Below are positions 11,057 to 20,234 of a stretch of 64,000 nt of DNA, in pieces. Within the stretch, counting starts at the first letter, position 1; each line of letters opens with the position of its first letter. Source of the stretch: Candidatus Dormiibacterota bacterium (GTDB taxonomy: Bacteria; Chloroflexota; Dormibacteria; Aeolococcales; Aeolococcaceae); NCBI GenBank assembly GCA_963718525.1, contig OY970355.1, forward strand, positions 2,528,001 through 2,592,000, given 5' to 3'. Below the pieces are notes generated by a model. That model was given only the letters and a program-made list of their open reading frames with translations. It did no database searches and was not told where the DNA came from. Position numbers and translations under genes: made by a program.

Positions 11057-12292
11057 ATGCGAAGGACGAGGACCAGCGCGCAACCCATCGCGACCACAAG
11101 GACGCCGCCCGCCTTCTCACGCGATCCAAAATTCGAGGTCCTTGCCGAATCGTGTACGCGGTTCGTCTCCGGCCATGGACGCCGTTCCGCCGATGAGCTG
11201 CTCGCCACCATCCCGCCCGGAACCGAGATCGACTACTACGGCATCGGCGGGGCTGTCACCGAGCTCGAGCAGGAGGTCGCGTCGCTGCTCGCCAAACAGG
11301 CGGCACTGTTCTTCCCCACGGGGACTATGGCGCAGCAGGTGACCCTCCGCGTTCATGCGGATCGACGCTCGACCCGGAGCATCGCGTTTCATCCCGCGTG
11401 CCATATGGAAACCAACGAGGAACGCGGCTACGAGCGGCTCCACGGCCTGTTCGGCGTTCCCGTCGGACCAGGCGACGAGCCGCTCTCGGCCGCAAGCCTC
11501 GCTCAGGTGCACGAGCCGATCGCGGCCCTGCTGCTCGAGCTGCCGCAACGAGCGCTCGGCGGCACGCTGCCGTCCTGGACCGAGCTCGTCGCGCAGGTCG
11601 GGTGGGCACGTGACCGGGGCGCCGCGGTCCACATGGACGGAGCCCGGCTTTGGGACGCCGGCCCGTATTACAGGGCCAGGCACCGCAAGTCGATCGCGGA
11701 CATCGCGGGATTGTTCGACACCGTCTACGTTTCCTTCTACAAAGGACTCGGCGGCATCGCCGGCTGCTGTGTCGCGGGCGACGCCGACGTGATCGACGAA
11801 CTGTCGGTCTGGCGAACCCGTCACGGCGGCCGCGCCTTCGGGCTGTGGCCCTATGCGGCGTCGGCGCTCGCAGCGCTGCGCCTGCGCCTCCCACGCATGA
11901 CGGCGTACTACGGCCACGCTCTCGCGATCGCGGAGGCGGTTCGCGGCCTTCCCGGGGTCGAGGTCCTCCCCTCTCCCGTGCAGAGCCCGATGATGCACCT
12001 GCGTTTTGCAGTTGAGCTCGAGCCACTTCGCGAACGGGTCGCCGAGATCGCCTTGACCGATAAGGTGATGACCTTCGCCCGACCGTGGGCATCACTGGGT
12101 CCAAAGCTGCAGGAGTTCGAACTCCATGTCGGCGATGCGACGCTCGAACTCAGCCCGGAGGAAATTCGCGATCTCTTCGCGCGTCTGACCGGCGTGGCTC
12201 CACGGCGCGCAGCTGGCGCCGCGCGGCGCAGGACCGCCTCACGGCGTCAGCTCAATGGTGTCCCGCGGGGTCGAGGGACCGGCCGGTCTTGA
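11057..12292 (+). CDS. Threonine aldolase family (beta-eliminating lyase) PLP enzyme
   Basis: FFPTGTMAQQ, VHMDGARLW, YVSFYKGLGG (PLP-binding Lys); start codon uncertain. Confidence 0.85.
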   Translation: MRRTRTSAQPIATTRTPPAFSRDPKFEVLAESCTRFVSGHGRRSADELLATIPPGTEIDYYGIGGAVTELEQEVASLLAKQAALFFPTGTMAQQVTLRVHADRRSTRSIAFHPACHMETNEERGYERLHGLFGVPVGPGDEPLSAASLAQVHEPIAALLLELPQRALGGTLPSWTELVAQVGWARDRGAAVHMDGARLWDAGPYYRARHRKSIADIAGLFDTVYVSFYKGLGGIAGCCVAGDADVIDELSVWRTRHGGRAFGLWPYAASALAALRLRLPRMTAYYGHALAIAEAVRGLPGVEVLPSPVQSPMMHLRFAVELEPLRERVAEIALTDKVMTFARPWASLGPKLQEFELHVGDATLELSPEEIRDLFARLTGVAPRRAAGAARRRTASRRQLNGVPRGRGTGRS

Positions 12293-12336
12293 GCAGTGTC
12301 CTGGGGCCGGCTGAGCAGATCGCCTGCGGTGACAGG

Positions 12337-12780
12337 TCAGCCGTCCTGGACGGCGTCTCTGATGTGCTCGGTCCTGGTCACCGTCATCGCCCCGTCCATC
12401 ATCAGGCCGATGACGTCGATGCGGCAGGGCTGCTTCTGGCGGTGCGTCTGGGCGCGATAGAGCTCCAGCAGCATGCGCAGCTTTCGCTGCTTGCGCTCGT
12501 CGACGGCTTCCTCCGGCGTCCCGAATCCGACGCCGCGGCGCGCCTTGACCTCGATGAGCACGAGGGTCTCCCCTTCCTCGGCGACGATGTCGATCTGGCC
12601 GAGGCGGCTGCGCCAGTCGCGAGCGAGGATGCGGAAGCCCTGTTCCTTGAGGTACGTCAGCGCGGCGACCTCGCCCGCATGACCCACGCGGTCCTTGAGG
12701 GGGCGGGCCGGAGGAAGTTGCTCGGGGGTTCTCGACCCCCGGCTACGCTCCGCCGTCGCTCTCGGAGGCTGCGACGGCAA
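12337..12780 (-). CDS. YraN family (UPF0102) PD-(D/E)xK nuclease-like protein
   Basis: G..GE..A..YL...[10 protein letters not shown]...GQIDIVA...LIEVK, CRIDVI; start codon uncertain. Confidence 0.9.
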   Translation of the reverse strand: MPSQPPRATAERSRGSRTPEQLPPARPLKDRVGHAGEVAALTYLKEQGFRILARDWRSRLGQIDIVAEEGETLVLIEVKARRGVGFGTPEEAVDERKQRKLRMLLELYRAQTHRQKQPCRIDVIGLMMDGAMTVTRTEHIRDAVQDG

Positions 12781-13282
12781 CCTCGGCTTCGTCTGTCTCG
12801 GCGGTCACCTCGGCCGTCTCGATATCGTCGGCCGTCAGGTCGCCAGGGGTCTCGTCACGCTCGTCGGGTTCGACGTCTGCCTCGGTCACCGCGTCCGGCT
12901 CGGCACGAAGCAGGGTCATCTCGGAGCCGCCGATCGGCTGACGCCGCTCGCGAATACGGGCGTGACGGCCGACTTTCTCGCGCAGGTAGAACAGCTTTGC
13001 CCTGCGCACCTGGCCATGACGCAGCACCTCGATCTTGTCGATTCGAGGAGCGTGAACGAGGAATGTCCGCTCGACGCCGACGCCGTGGGCGATGCGACGC
13101 ACGGTGAAGCTGGTGGCGAGCCCGACCTTGCCCTTGAGCGCAATCACGACGCCCTCAAACACCTGGATGCGCTCGCGGGTCCCTTCCACCACCTTGACGT
13201 GCACGCGCACCGTATCGCCTGCACGCAGGATGGGGACTTGCTGTTTTTCCTGCTCGCGTTTGAGCAGATCGATGACATTCAC
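12743..13282 (-). CDS. rplS: 50S ribosomal protein L19, with acidic C-terminal extension
   Basis: [43 protein letters not shown]. Confidence 0.98.
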   Translation of the reverse strand: MNVIDLLKREQEKQQVPILRAGDTVRVHVKVVEGTRERIQVFEGVVIALKGKVGLATSFTVRRIAHGVGVERTFLVHAPRIDKIEVLRHGQVRRAKLFYLREKVGRHARIRERRQPIGGSEMTLLRAEPDAVTEADVEPDERDETPGDLTADDIETAEVTAETDEAEVAVAASESDGGA

Positions 13283-13989
13283 GTTGTTCCTCCGGGCCTT
13301 GAGGCAGACCGTAGCAGATCGGGGCGACGCAGCCCGGTCCGTCTTGTACTTTCATCGCGACGCCACGCGGCAATGGCGGCGTGATTGCCTTCGCGCAGCA
13401 CCGCTGGGACCGAGCGTCCCTCGAAGTCGGCGGGGCGTGTATACAGCGGTGCTTCGAAGCCGCCCTCGGCACCTTCCGAAAAGGTCTCATCGCCAAGCGA
13501 TTCCGGCGAACCGACGACGCCGGGCACCAGCCGAGCGGTGGCTTCGATGACCGCCATCGCCGCGACCTCACCGCCGCTCAGCACGTAGTCGCCGACCGAC
13601 AGCTCCTCGCCGATCTCGTCGCGCGCGCGCTGGTCGACGCCCTGATAGCGACCGCAGACAAGGAGAATCGCGCGCTCCGCCGCAAGCTCGCGGGCGACTC
13701 GTTGATCGAATTGACGCCCCTGTGGCGACAGCAGGATGCACCGGATCCCGGGCTCCTTTTCGCGCAACTCGCGCACCGCGCGTATCAGCGGTTCCGGCTT
13801 GAACACCATGCCCGCGCCTCCGCCGAACGGGATGTCGTCGACCTGGCGATGCCGGCCTTCGCTGTGGGTGCGGAGGTCATGCACAGCCAACTCCACATCG
13901 CCGGCCGCGAGCGCACGGCCGACCACACCGATGCCGAGCGGTCCTGGGAACACCTCGGGAAAGATCGACAGCACATGGAAGCGGATCAC
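13279..13989 (-). CDS. trmD: tRNA (guanine37-N1)-methyltransferase
   Basis: [43 protein letters not shown]; GTG overlaps the rimM stop. Confidence 0.97.
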   Translation of the reverse strand: MIRFHVLSIFPEVFPGPLGIGVVGRALAAGDVELAVHDLRTHSEGRHRQVDDIPFGGGAGMVFKPEPLIRAVRELREKEPGIRCILLSPQGRQFDQRVARELAAERAILLVCGRYQGVDQRARDEIGEELSVGDYVLSGGEVAAMAVIEATARLVPGVVGSPESLGDETFSEGAEGGFEAPLYTRPADFEGRSVPAVLREGNHAAIAAWRRDESTRRTGLRRPDLLRSASRPGGTT

Positions 13990-14510
13990 ACCGTCTCCTC
14001 GAGCCACGGCGCAACCGTGATGGTGCCCGCGTCGACATCGATCGCCATCACGTAATCCCGCGCCATCGGCAGGCGCTGCACGGCGCTTTCGTCGCGGATG
14101 ACCAGCACGTCGTTGCCCACGCCGGCCTCGATATCCTCGACGATGCCGACATCGGCCCCGGTGGTGTCGAGCACACGCAGGCCGATGAGTTGCCACACGA
14201 ACCACTCGCCGTCCGAGAGCTGACGCGCGGCGTCGACATCAACACACAGGTACTCGCCGCGGAGCAGCGCGGCATCGGACGCGGACGTGATCTCCTCGAA
14301 GCTGAGGAGCACAGCGTTGCCGGAACCGGGCCGAGCCGCGCGCACCGTGAAGGATCTCGAACCGTCCTCGGTCTCGAGCTTCGTCCCAGGCGTGAAACGG
14401 CTTGGATCGCCGCCGATCGGCTCAGCCCGGACCTCGCCGCGCACGCCGTGCGCGCGAAGTACCTGCGCAGCGCGCAGCCTGGCCGGTGCGAGTGGGCGGC
14501 CTCCGCTCAC
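13986..14510 (-). CDS. rimM: Ribosome maturation factor RimM
   Basis: AHGVRGEV, EWFVWQLIGL, GNDVLVI; synteny. Confidence 0.93.
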   Translation of the reverse strand: MSGGRPLAPARLRAAQVLRAHGVRGEVRAEPIGGDPSRFTPGTKLETEDGSRSFTVRAARPGSGNAVLLSFEEITSASDAALLRGEYLCVDVDAARQLSDGEWFVWQLIGLRVLDTTGADVGIVEDIEAGVGNDVLVIRDESAVQRLPMARDYVMAIDVDAGTITVAPWLEETV

Positions 14511-14752
14511 CGTATGTCCTTCAACTCCACCTGCACGCGCTGGTGATGACGCAGACCGGCGGCGCGGACCACCGCACGAACAGCTTCGATGTTCCGCCCC
14601 GTCTTGCCGATGAGCTTGCCCATGTCCTCTTCAGCGACGTTCAGGGTGACGATGGTGCTCCGGCCGCGTGGGCGCGAGTCCACGGTGACGGCAGCGGGCT
14701 TCGAGACGATTCGCTCGGCGATGAATCGTGTGAGGTCGGCGTAGTCGGTCAT
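14507..14752 (-). CDS. khpA: KH-domain RNA-binding protein (KhpA/YlqC)
   Basis: [19 protein letters not shown] motif; located between rpsP and rimM. Confidence 0.9.
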   Translation of the reverse strand: MTDYADLTRFIAERIVSKPAAVTVDSRPRGRSTIVTLNVAEEDMGKLIGKTGRNIEAVRAVVRAAGLRHHQRVQVELKDIR

Positions 14753-15378
14753 TCCGCTGCGCCCTCTGCGACGGCGGGTCCTGTCGCCGCGGGGACCCCT
14801 CCTGCGGCTGGCTCCTCGGCGACGGCGGGTCCTGTCGTCGCGGGGACCCCTCCCCGCCGCGCTTCTGGCGCGTCGGGGCTGCCCCCCGCAACGCCACCCG
14901 CCTCGTTCGGTGCAGCGGCGTCGGATACTGCGGACGTCTCATCGCCCGATTGCGCCGCATCGACAGGCTCAGCTACCGCTGGCTCCGCAGTGGCGCGCTC
15001 ATTTGCGGCTGCGGTGGGTGTTGTGTCCTCTGCTGCCTCTGGGGTTGGCTCCGCGGCAGCGGTGTTGTTTGCGGCAGCTTTTGCAGGAGCTTCGGGCTCG
15101 GCGGGTTCGGGACGGGGGGTGATCTTGAAGGGGCGTGCGGCGAGAATGCCTTCCTTGACGAGCAGCTGGCGGGCGCTGTCGCTCGGGCGTGCGCCGCGGC
15201 GCAGCCAGAGTTGCACGCGGTCCGCGTCGATGCTCACCACAGCCGGATTGGGCAGCGGGTCGTAGAAGCCGATCGACTCGATGAATCTGCCGTCGCGTGG
15301 GCTGCGCGAATCCGCAACCACCAGCCGGTACACCGGGCGCTTGGTGGTGCCCATTCGCTTCAACCTGATCTTGACCAA
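14749..15378 (-). CDS. rpsP: 30S ribosomal protein S16, with ~125-aa Ala/Pro/Glu tail
   Basis: [37 protein letters not shown]. Confidence 0.97.
   Translation of the reverse strand: MVKIRLKRMGTTKRPVYRLVVADSRSPRDGRFIESIGFYDPLPNPAVVSIDADRVQLWLRRGARPSDSARQLLVKEGILAARPFKITPRPEPAEPEAPAKAAANNTAAAEPTPEAAEDTTPTAAANERATAEPAVAEPVDAAQSGDETSAVSDAAAPNEAGGVAGGSPDAPEARRGGVPATTGPAVAEEPAAGGVPAATGPAVAEGAAE
14768..14853. repeat. 35-bp direct repeat with 51-bp period in the rpsP tail
   Basis: gcgacggcgggtcctgtcgYcgcggggacccctcc at 14768 and 14819; encodes GGVPA(T/A)TGPAVAE twice. Confidence 0.85.
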
Positions 15379-15391
15379 TGTCGTGCTCCTT

Positions 15392-16774
15392 TCAGAAACC
15401 TGCTTGTCCGAGTTGGGTTGGATCGATGTTCTTCAGCTGTCTGAGCATGCGAGCCTTGCCTCGCACGCCCTTGGTGCCCTTGCCGCCGAGGCTCTTGAAC
15501 ATGCTCTGCATCTGTTCAAAACCCTTGAGCAGGCGATTGACGTCGGCGATCGTCGTTCCGCTGCCTGAGGCAATTCGCTTGCGACGGGCGCCCTTGATGA
15601 TCTCGGGGTGACGGCGCTCCTGGGCGGTCATCGAGAGCACGATCGCCTCCATGCGGCCGAGGTCCTGCTCGGAGGGCATGGCCGCGCCCGCCTGCTGCAC
15701 GAGCTTGCGACCACCGGGCAGCATGCCGAGCACGCCTTCCAGCGAGCCCATGCCACGCAACTGACGCAGTTGCGCGAGCCAGTCGTCCATGGTCAGACGC
15801 CCTGCGAAGGAGCGCTCGACCATCTCCTCGGCGTTCTTCTGGTCGAACTGCTCCTGGGCCCGTTCGACGAGGGTCAGGACATCGCCCATGCCGAGAATCC
15901 GTGACGCCATCCGGTCGGGCGCGAACGCCTCGAGGTCCGAGACCTTCTCGCCGGTGCCGGTGTACATGATCGGCTTGCCGATGGTTTCGCGCATCGACAA
16001 CGCGGCTCCGCCGCGTGCGTCGCCGTCGAGCTTGGTGAGGATCACGCCGTCGACGTGGACTGCGTCATCGAATCCTTTGGCGACGTTCACCGCCTCCTGA
16101 CCGGTCATCGCATCGACGGCGAGGATCACTTCGTGAACCGTCGTGGCCTTGCGGATGTCGCGCAGCTCATCGAGCAAGGGTTCGTCGATCTGCAGTCGGC
16201 CCGCGGTGTCGATGATGACAACGTCGCAATTGAGCCTTGCGGCTTCCGCAACGCCGCGCGCGGCAAGCTGCGCAACCTTGGCCTTCCCCTCTGGGATCGT
16301 GACCGGGATCTGATTGTCCAGTCCCAGCTTCTGGAGCTGTTGCACTGCCGCCGGGCGAGTGATATCGGCTGCGACCAGCATCGGGCGGTGCCCGTCGCGC
16401 CGGATTGCCAGGGCGAGCTTGGCGGCGGTGGTCGTCTTCCCCGAGCCCTGCAGGCCAACCAGCATGATCACCGTCGGCGGGTGTGGCTGGTATTGAATCT
16501 TGCGCTGCTCCCCGCCGAGCAACGCGACAAGCTCGTCGTTGACGATCTTGACGATCTGCTGTCCGGGAGTCAGCGACTCAAGCACGTCGCTACCGATGGC
16601 ACGCTCTCGAATCCGGTCGACGAATGAGCGAGCGATACGGAAGTTGACGTCGGCTTCGAGCAGTGCCACGCGAACCTCGCGCAACCCCACCTCGACGTCC
16701 TCCTTGGTCAGACGGCCGCGGCCCGAGAATCGGCGGAGCGCCGCGGCGAGTCGATCACTCAGGGCTTCGAACAT
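15392..16774 (-). CDS. ffh: Signal recognition particle protein
   Basis: [40 protein letters not shown], Met-rich M domain. Confidence 0.98.
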   Translation of the reverse strand: MFEALSDRLAAALRRFSGRGRLTKEDVEVGLREVRVALLEADVNFRIARSFVDRIRERAIGSDVLESLTPGQQIVKIVNDELVALLGGEQRKIQYQPHPPTVIMLVGLQGSGKTTTAAKLALAIRRDGHRPMLVAADITRPAAVQQLQKLGLDNQIPVTIPEGKAKVAQLAARGVAEAARLNCDVVIIDTAGRLQIDEPLLDELRDIRKATTVHEVILAVDAMTGQEAVNVAKGFDDAVHVDGVILTKLDGDARGGAALSMRETIGKPIMYTGTGEKVSDLEAFAPDRMASRILGMGDVLTLVERAQEQFDQKNAEEMVERSFAGRLTMDDWLAQLRQLRGMGSLEGVLGMLPGGRKLVQQAGAAMPSEQDLGRMEAIVLSMTAQERRHPEIIKGARRKRIASGSGTTIADVNRLLKGFEQMQSMFKSLGGKGTKGVRGKARMLRQLKNIDPTQLGQAGF

Positions 16775-16775
16775 G

Positions 16776-17096
16776 TCAGGCGGTCACCGCTGACGTCGAC
16801 AGGCGTGCACGCAGGTCGGTCTCGATGTGATCACGCCGGTCGAGCTCGGCCGCGTGACCGAGCCGATCCTCGAAGTGCTCGAGCTGGGCGAGGGCGCGAC
16901 GGACGAGATCGTGGGCGCCGCTGCGCGTGCAGCTGAAATGCTCGGCGAGCTCGGTGAACGACCAATCCTCGTGGAGGTGCAGCCGGCAGGCCTCGCGCTG
17001 GTGGTCGGTGAGCACGGCGCCATAGACGTCAAGCAGCCGCTCCTGCCACACGCGTGACGTGAGCGGCTGCGAGGTGGATCGATGTGTCAAGGGCAA
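16776..17096 (-). CDS. ylxM: YlxM family (UPF0122) HTH protein
   Basis: LLDVYGAVLTDHQ...EDWSFTELAE...TRSGAHD...LEHFEDRL; directly upstream of ffh; start codon uncertain. Confidence 0.88.
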   Translation of the reverse strand: MPLTHRSTSQPLTSRVWQERLLDVYGAVLTDHQREACRLHLHEDWSFTELAEHFSCTRSGAHDLVRRALAQLEHFEDRLGHAAELDRRDHIETDLRARLSTSAVTA

Positions 17097-17106
17097 GACC
17101 TTGACA
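17085..17106. promoter_or_regulatory. Inverted repeat TGTCAAGG-N6-CCTTGACA at the start of ylxM-ffh
   Basis: Perfect 8-bp arms seen in the sequence; each arm contains TTGACA. Confidence 0.55.
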
Positions 17107-17159
17107 TGCTACAGGATCCGGGCGAATCGGCCTCCTGGAGGCTCACACTGTCGACGCTG

Positions 17160-18575
17160 CTACGCAGTGGCACGCTCCTCCACCCGGGTCGCCGGTTGTG
17201 TTGCAGCCACCCGCTTGCGGGCTGGGATGACCGCTGCCGCGAGCGCTCCGACGGCAACCACCGCGCCGCCGACGGTGACGGCGGGGGTCAGCCCCGCGAC
17301 GAACGTCGCGCCCGAAGCGTACCCACCCCAGTGGGCGAAGATCGAAGCCAGCACGGTCACGCCGAGGACGCCGCCCAGCTCGCGGATGGCGTTGTTCGCC
17401 CCGGAGGCCTTGCCCTCCTCACGAGCGCTCACCGAGCTCAGCACGACATTCGCCACCGGTGCGAAGAACATGCCCATGCCGATGCCGCTGAGGATGAACG
17501 GCACGATGAATGCCGAATACGGAACGGTTGGGGTGATCACATGGCCGATCCAGATCAACCCGGTCGCCTGGAGCGCCAGCCCGATCGCCATCAGCGTGCG
17601 GCCGTTGATGCGGTCGGAGAGTGCACCCGCGGTGGGCGCGACGATGATCGGCATCGCCGTCCACGGAAGGATGCGCAAACCCGCGCCCAATGGGGAGAGG
17701 CCCTGCACGGTCTGGAAGAACTGCGCGAGCAGGAAGACGCTGCCGAACATCCCGAAGAACATGAACAGCGACGCGGCGTTTGCGCCGCTGAACGTCCGGT
17801 TGTTGAAGTAGCGGATGGGCAGCATCGGCGCACTCGAGCGGAGCTCGTAGATGACGAACATCACCATGAGTCCGATGCCGAGGGCAAGTGTCCCGAGGAT
17901 CTCGGGGCTCGTCCAACCCTGCTGGTTGGCGCGGACCAATCCCCAGACGATCGCGAAGAGACCGCCGCTGGCGATCACCAGACCGCCGAGGTCGAGACGG
18001 TTGTCGGCGCCGTGTGTCTCGTTCAAGCGAACCCTCGCGAGCGGGGCAAGCAGCAGGCCGATCGGCACGTTGACCCAGAAGATCCAGTGCCACGAGATGC
18101 CCTGAACGATCGCGCCTCCGACGATCGGTCCGACCGCGACGGCCAGACCGCCGATGCCTCCCCACGCGCCGAGCGCGACGCCGCGGCGATTCGCGGGTAC
18201 CCCAGCGCTCAGGATAGTTAGCGTCAATGGTGTCACCATCGCGGCGCCCGCCCCCTGCACGGCACGGGCGACGATCAGCATGGTCGGGCTCGACGCGAGC
18301 GCGGACGCCGCGGAGCCGAGCGTGAACACGGCAAGGCCGATCGAGAAGATGCGCCGCCTGCCGAAGCGATCACCGAGCGCGGCGCCGGTGAGCAACAGCA
18401 CCGCAAACGTCAGCGTGTACGCGTTGATCGTCCACTCCAGCTGCTGCAGGTTCGCGTTGAGATCGTGACGGATCACCGGCAACGCCGTGGTCACGACCAG
18501 GTTGTCGAGGGTGACCATAAACAGGGCGACCGAGGTGATCGCGAATGTCCAGATGACCTGGGACCGTCGAGCCAT
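17160..18575 (-). CDS. DHA2 (EmrB/QacA-like) MFS efflux transporter
   Basis: [49 protein letters not shown]; about 14 TM segments. Confidence 0.93.
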   Translation of the reverse strand: MARRSQVIWTFAITSVALFMVTLDNLVVTTALPVIRHDLNANLQQLEWTINAYTLTFAVLLLTGAALGDRFGRRRIFSIGLAVFTLGSAASALASSPTMLIVARAVQGAGAAMVTPLTLTILSAGVPANRRGVALGAWGGIGGLAVAVGPIVGGAIVQGISWHWIFWVNVPIGLLLAPLARVRLNETHGADNRLDLGGLVIASGGLFAIVWGLVRANQQGWTSPEILGTLALGIGLMVMFVIYELRSSAPMLPIRYFNNRTFSGANAASLFMFFGMFGSVFLLAQFFQTVQGLSPLGAGLRILPWTAMPIIVAPTAGALSDRINGRTLMAIGLALQATGLIWIGHVITPTVPYSAFIVPFILSGIGMGMFFAPVANVVLSSVSAREEGKASGANNAIRELGGVLGVTVLASIFAHWGGYASGATFVAGLTPAVTVGGAVVAVGALAAAVIPARKRVAATQPATRVEERATA

Positions 18576-18608
18576 GATTCGTTCCTCCTTGACTGACCTG
18601 TGAGCTTC

Positions 18609-18631
18609 TAGTGATTACTCACTAACGTCAA
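18609..18631 (-). promoter_or_regulatory. Putative TetR operator within the MFS gene promoter
   Basis: Near-palindrome TAGTGATTACTCACTA (18609-18624) next to a TTGACG -35 on the minus strand; matches the site upstream of the tetR gene. Confidence 0.75.
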
Positions 18632-18653
18632 CAGACAAAAAAAATGCGGCCAC

Positions 18654-19226
18654 TTAAACGCCCAACTTCGCGTTCATGGCGCAGCCCTCGATGAGCCGCA
18701 TCGCCCATGCTTCCGGCTCGTCGATCTGCCCCATCATCGCGAGGACGTTGAGCAGCATTCCCTGAGCGAAGAAGAAGCTGAGGCGCGCCGAGTTGAGTCC
18801 GGTCAGCTCTCCCGCCACGCGCACGAGATGGCCGAATCCCTCGGCGACGACTGCGCGAATTGCCGGGTCGTCGCAGGCCGCATACGACTGCAGCTGGGCG
18901 CGCAATTTGAGCGGGCTGCGACGGATCTCGTCGAGGTACGCCTCCCCCATCGCTGTGAGCAACGCATCGCCTTCGAGTCCGCTCGCGGCGCGCTGGAAGA
19001 GCATCTCGGTATCCGCAAAGCAGCGCTTGATCGTGGCTATGATGAGGTCGCGCTTGGTGCCGAACAACCGGAACAGGTACGGCTGCGAGATGCCGGCCAT
19101 GCGGGCGATCACATCGGTGGATGCGCCCTCGTAGCCGCGCTCGGCGAAGACGATCACCGCGGCTTCGAGAATCTGCTCACGGCGCTCGGGGGCGGTCAGG
19201 CGTTCGACGGTGGCTGTGGGGGTCAC
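18654..19226 (-). CDS. TetR/AcrR family transcriptional regulator
   Basis: RREQILEAA..VFAERGYEGASTDVIARMAGISQPYLFRLFGTK HTH. Confidence 0.95.
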   Translation of the reverse strand: MTPTATVERLTAPERREQILEAAVIVFAERGYEGASTDVIARMAGISQPYLFRLFGTKRDLIIATIKRCFADTEMLFQRAASGLEGDALLTAMGEAYLDEIRRSPLKLRAQLQSYAACDDPAIRAVVAEGFGHLVRVAGELTGLNSARLSFFFAQGMLLNVLAMMGQIDEPEAWAMRLIEGCAMNAKLGV

Positions 19227-19234
19227 GCCTCAGT

Positions 19235-19263
19235 ATGGTAGTGAGTACTCACCACCATGTCAA
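19235..19263 (-). promoter_or_regulatory. sigma70 promoter with embedded operator for the tetR gene
   Basis: Minus strand: TTGACA-17 nt-TACCAT; perfect palindrome GTGAGTACTCAC (19241-19252) lies in the spacer. Confidence 0.8.
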
Positions 19264-20210
19264 GGGGTTGAGCCGAAGATCGTGTCCAGGTAGGCGGCCG
19301 GGTCGAAGACGTTGAGATCGTCGAGCTCCTCCCCCAGCCCCACGAGCTTGACGGGGATCTTCAGCTGCTCTTCGACGGCCAGGAGCGTCCCGCCCCTGGC
19401 AGTTCCGTCCAGCTTCGTGATCACGAGCCCCGTCAGCTTGGTCGTCTCGTGGAACGCGAGCGCCTGGCGCATCGCGTTCATCCCAGTGGTCGCGTCCACG
19501 ACGAGGAGCACCTCGTGTGGAGCCTCGGGGATCAGCCGCTCCACCACTCGGCGGATCTTGCCGAGCTCGGCCATGAGATTCACCTTGGTGTGGAGGCGGC
19601 CCGCGGTGTCGACAAGGACCACGTCGACCCGGCGCGCCTCGGCAGCCTGTATGGCGTCGAAGACCACCGCGCCGGGGTCGGCGCCGGGCTGGTGGGCGAC
19701 CACGTCCGTCCCGGCACGATCCGCCCACACGCGCATCTGGTCAATCGCCGCAGCCCGATACGTGTCAGCCGCGGCGATGAGCGAGGTGCGGCCCTCCTCG
19801 CGCAACCGGTACGCCAGCTTCCCGATCGTGGTCGTCTTGCCGCTTCCGTTGACGCCGACCACGAGGACGACGCTCGGCACGCTGCTGAGGTGAAGCGAGC
19901 GGTCGTAGGTGTTCATCACCGAGAGAATCTCCGCCTTGAGGGCGGCGATCGCGGCCGTGGAGTCGGCCAGCTTCTCGCGGCGCGCTCGCTGGCGCAATGC
20001 TGCGGTCAGACGCTCCGCGAGCTCGACGCCGCAGTCGGCGGCGATGAGCACCTCGGTGAGCTCCTCGTAGAAGGCGTCATCGAGCTTCCGGCCCGGGGCG
20101 GCGAGCCCGTGCATCTCAGCGCTGAAGGCATTCGACGCCTTGTCCATTCGGCCGGAGACGCGACGCCACCAGGCGCTGCGCCTGATCGGGGCGACGACGT
20201 CGTCAGGCAT
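19260..20210 (-). CDS. ftsY: SRP receptor FtsY (no long acidic A domain)
   Basis: GVNGSGKTTTIGKLA, AADTYRAAA, DTAGRLHT, TKLDGTARGG. Confidence 0.97.
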   Translation of the reverse strand: MPDDVVAPIRRSAWWRRVSGRMDKASNAFSAEMHGLAAPGRKLDDAFYEELTEVLIAADCGVELAERLTAALRQRARREKLADSTAAIAALKAEILSVMNTYDRSLHLSSVPSVVLVVGVNGSGKTTTIGKLAYRLREEGRTSLIAAADTYRAAAIDQMRVWADRAGTDVVAHQPGADPGAVVFDAIQAAEARRVDVVLVDTAGRLHTKVNLMAELGKIRRVVERLIPEAPHEVLLVVDATTGMNAMRQALAFHETTKLTGLVITKLDGTARGGTLLAVEEQLKIPVKLVGLGEELDDLNVFDPAAYLDTIFGSTP

Positions 20211-20234
20211 CGCGCGGGTCAGCCATCGCGCCGG

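Noticed and set aside
12723-12741. GC hairpin after rplS as a terminator
   Set aside because: No U-tract, and it lies within the probable yraN 5' region.
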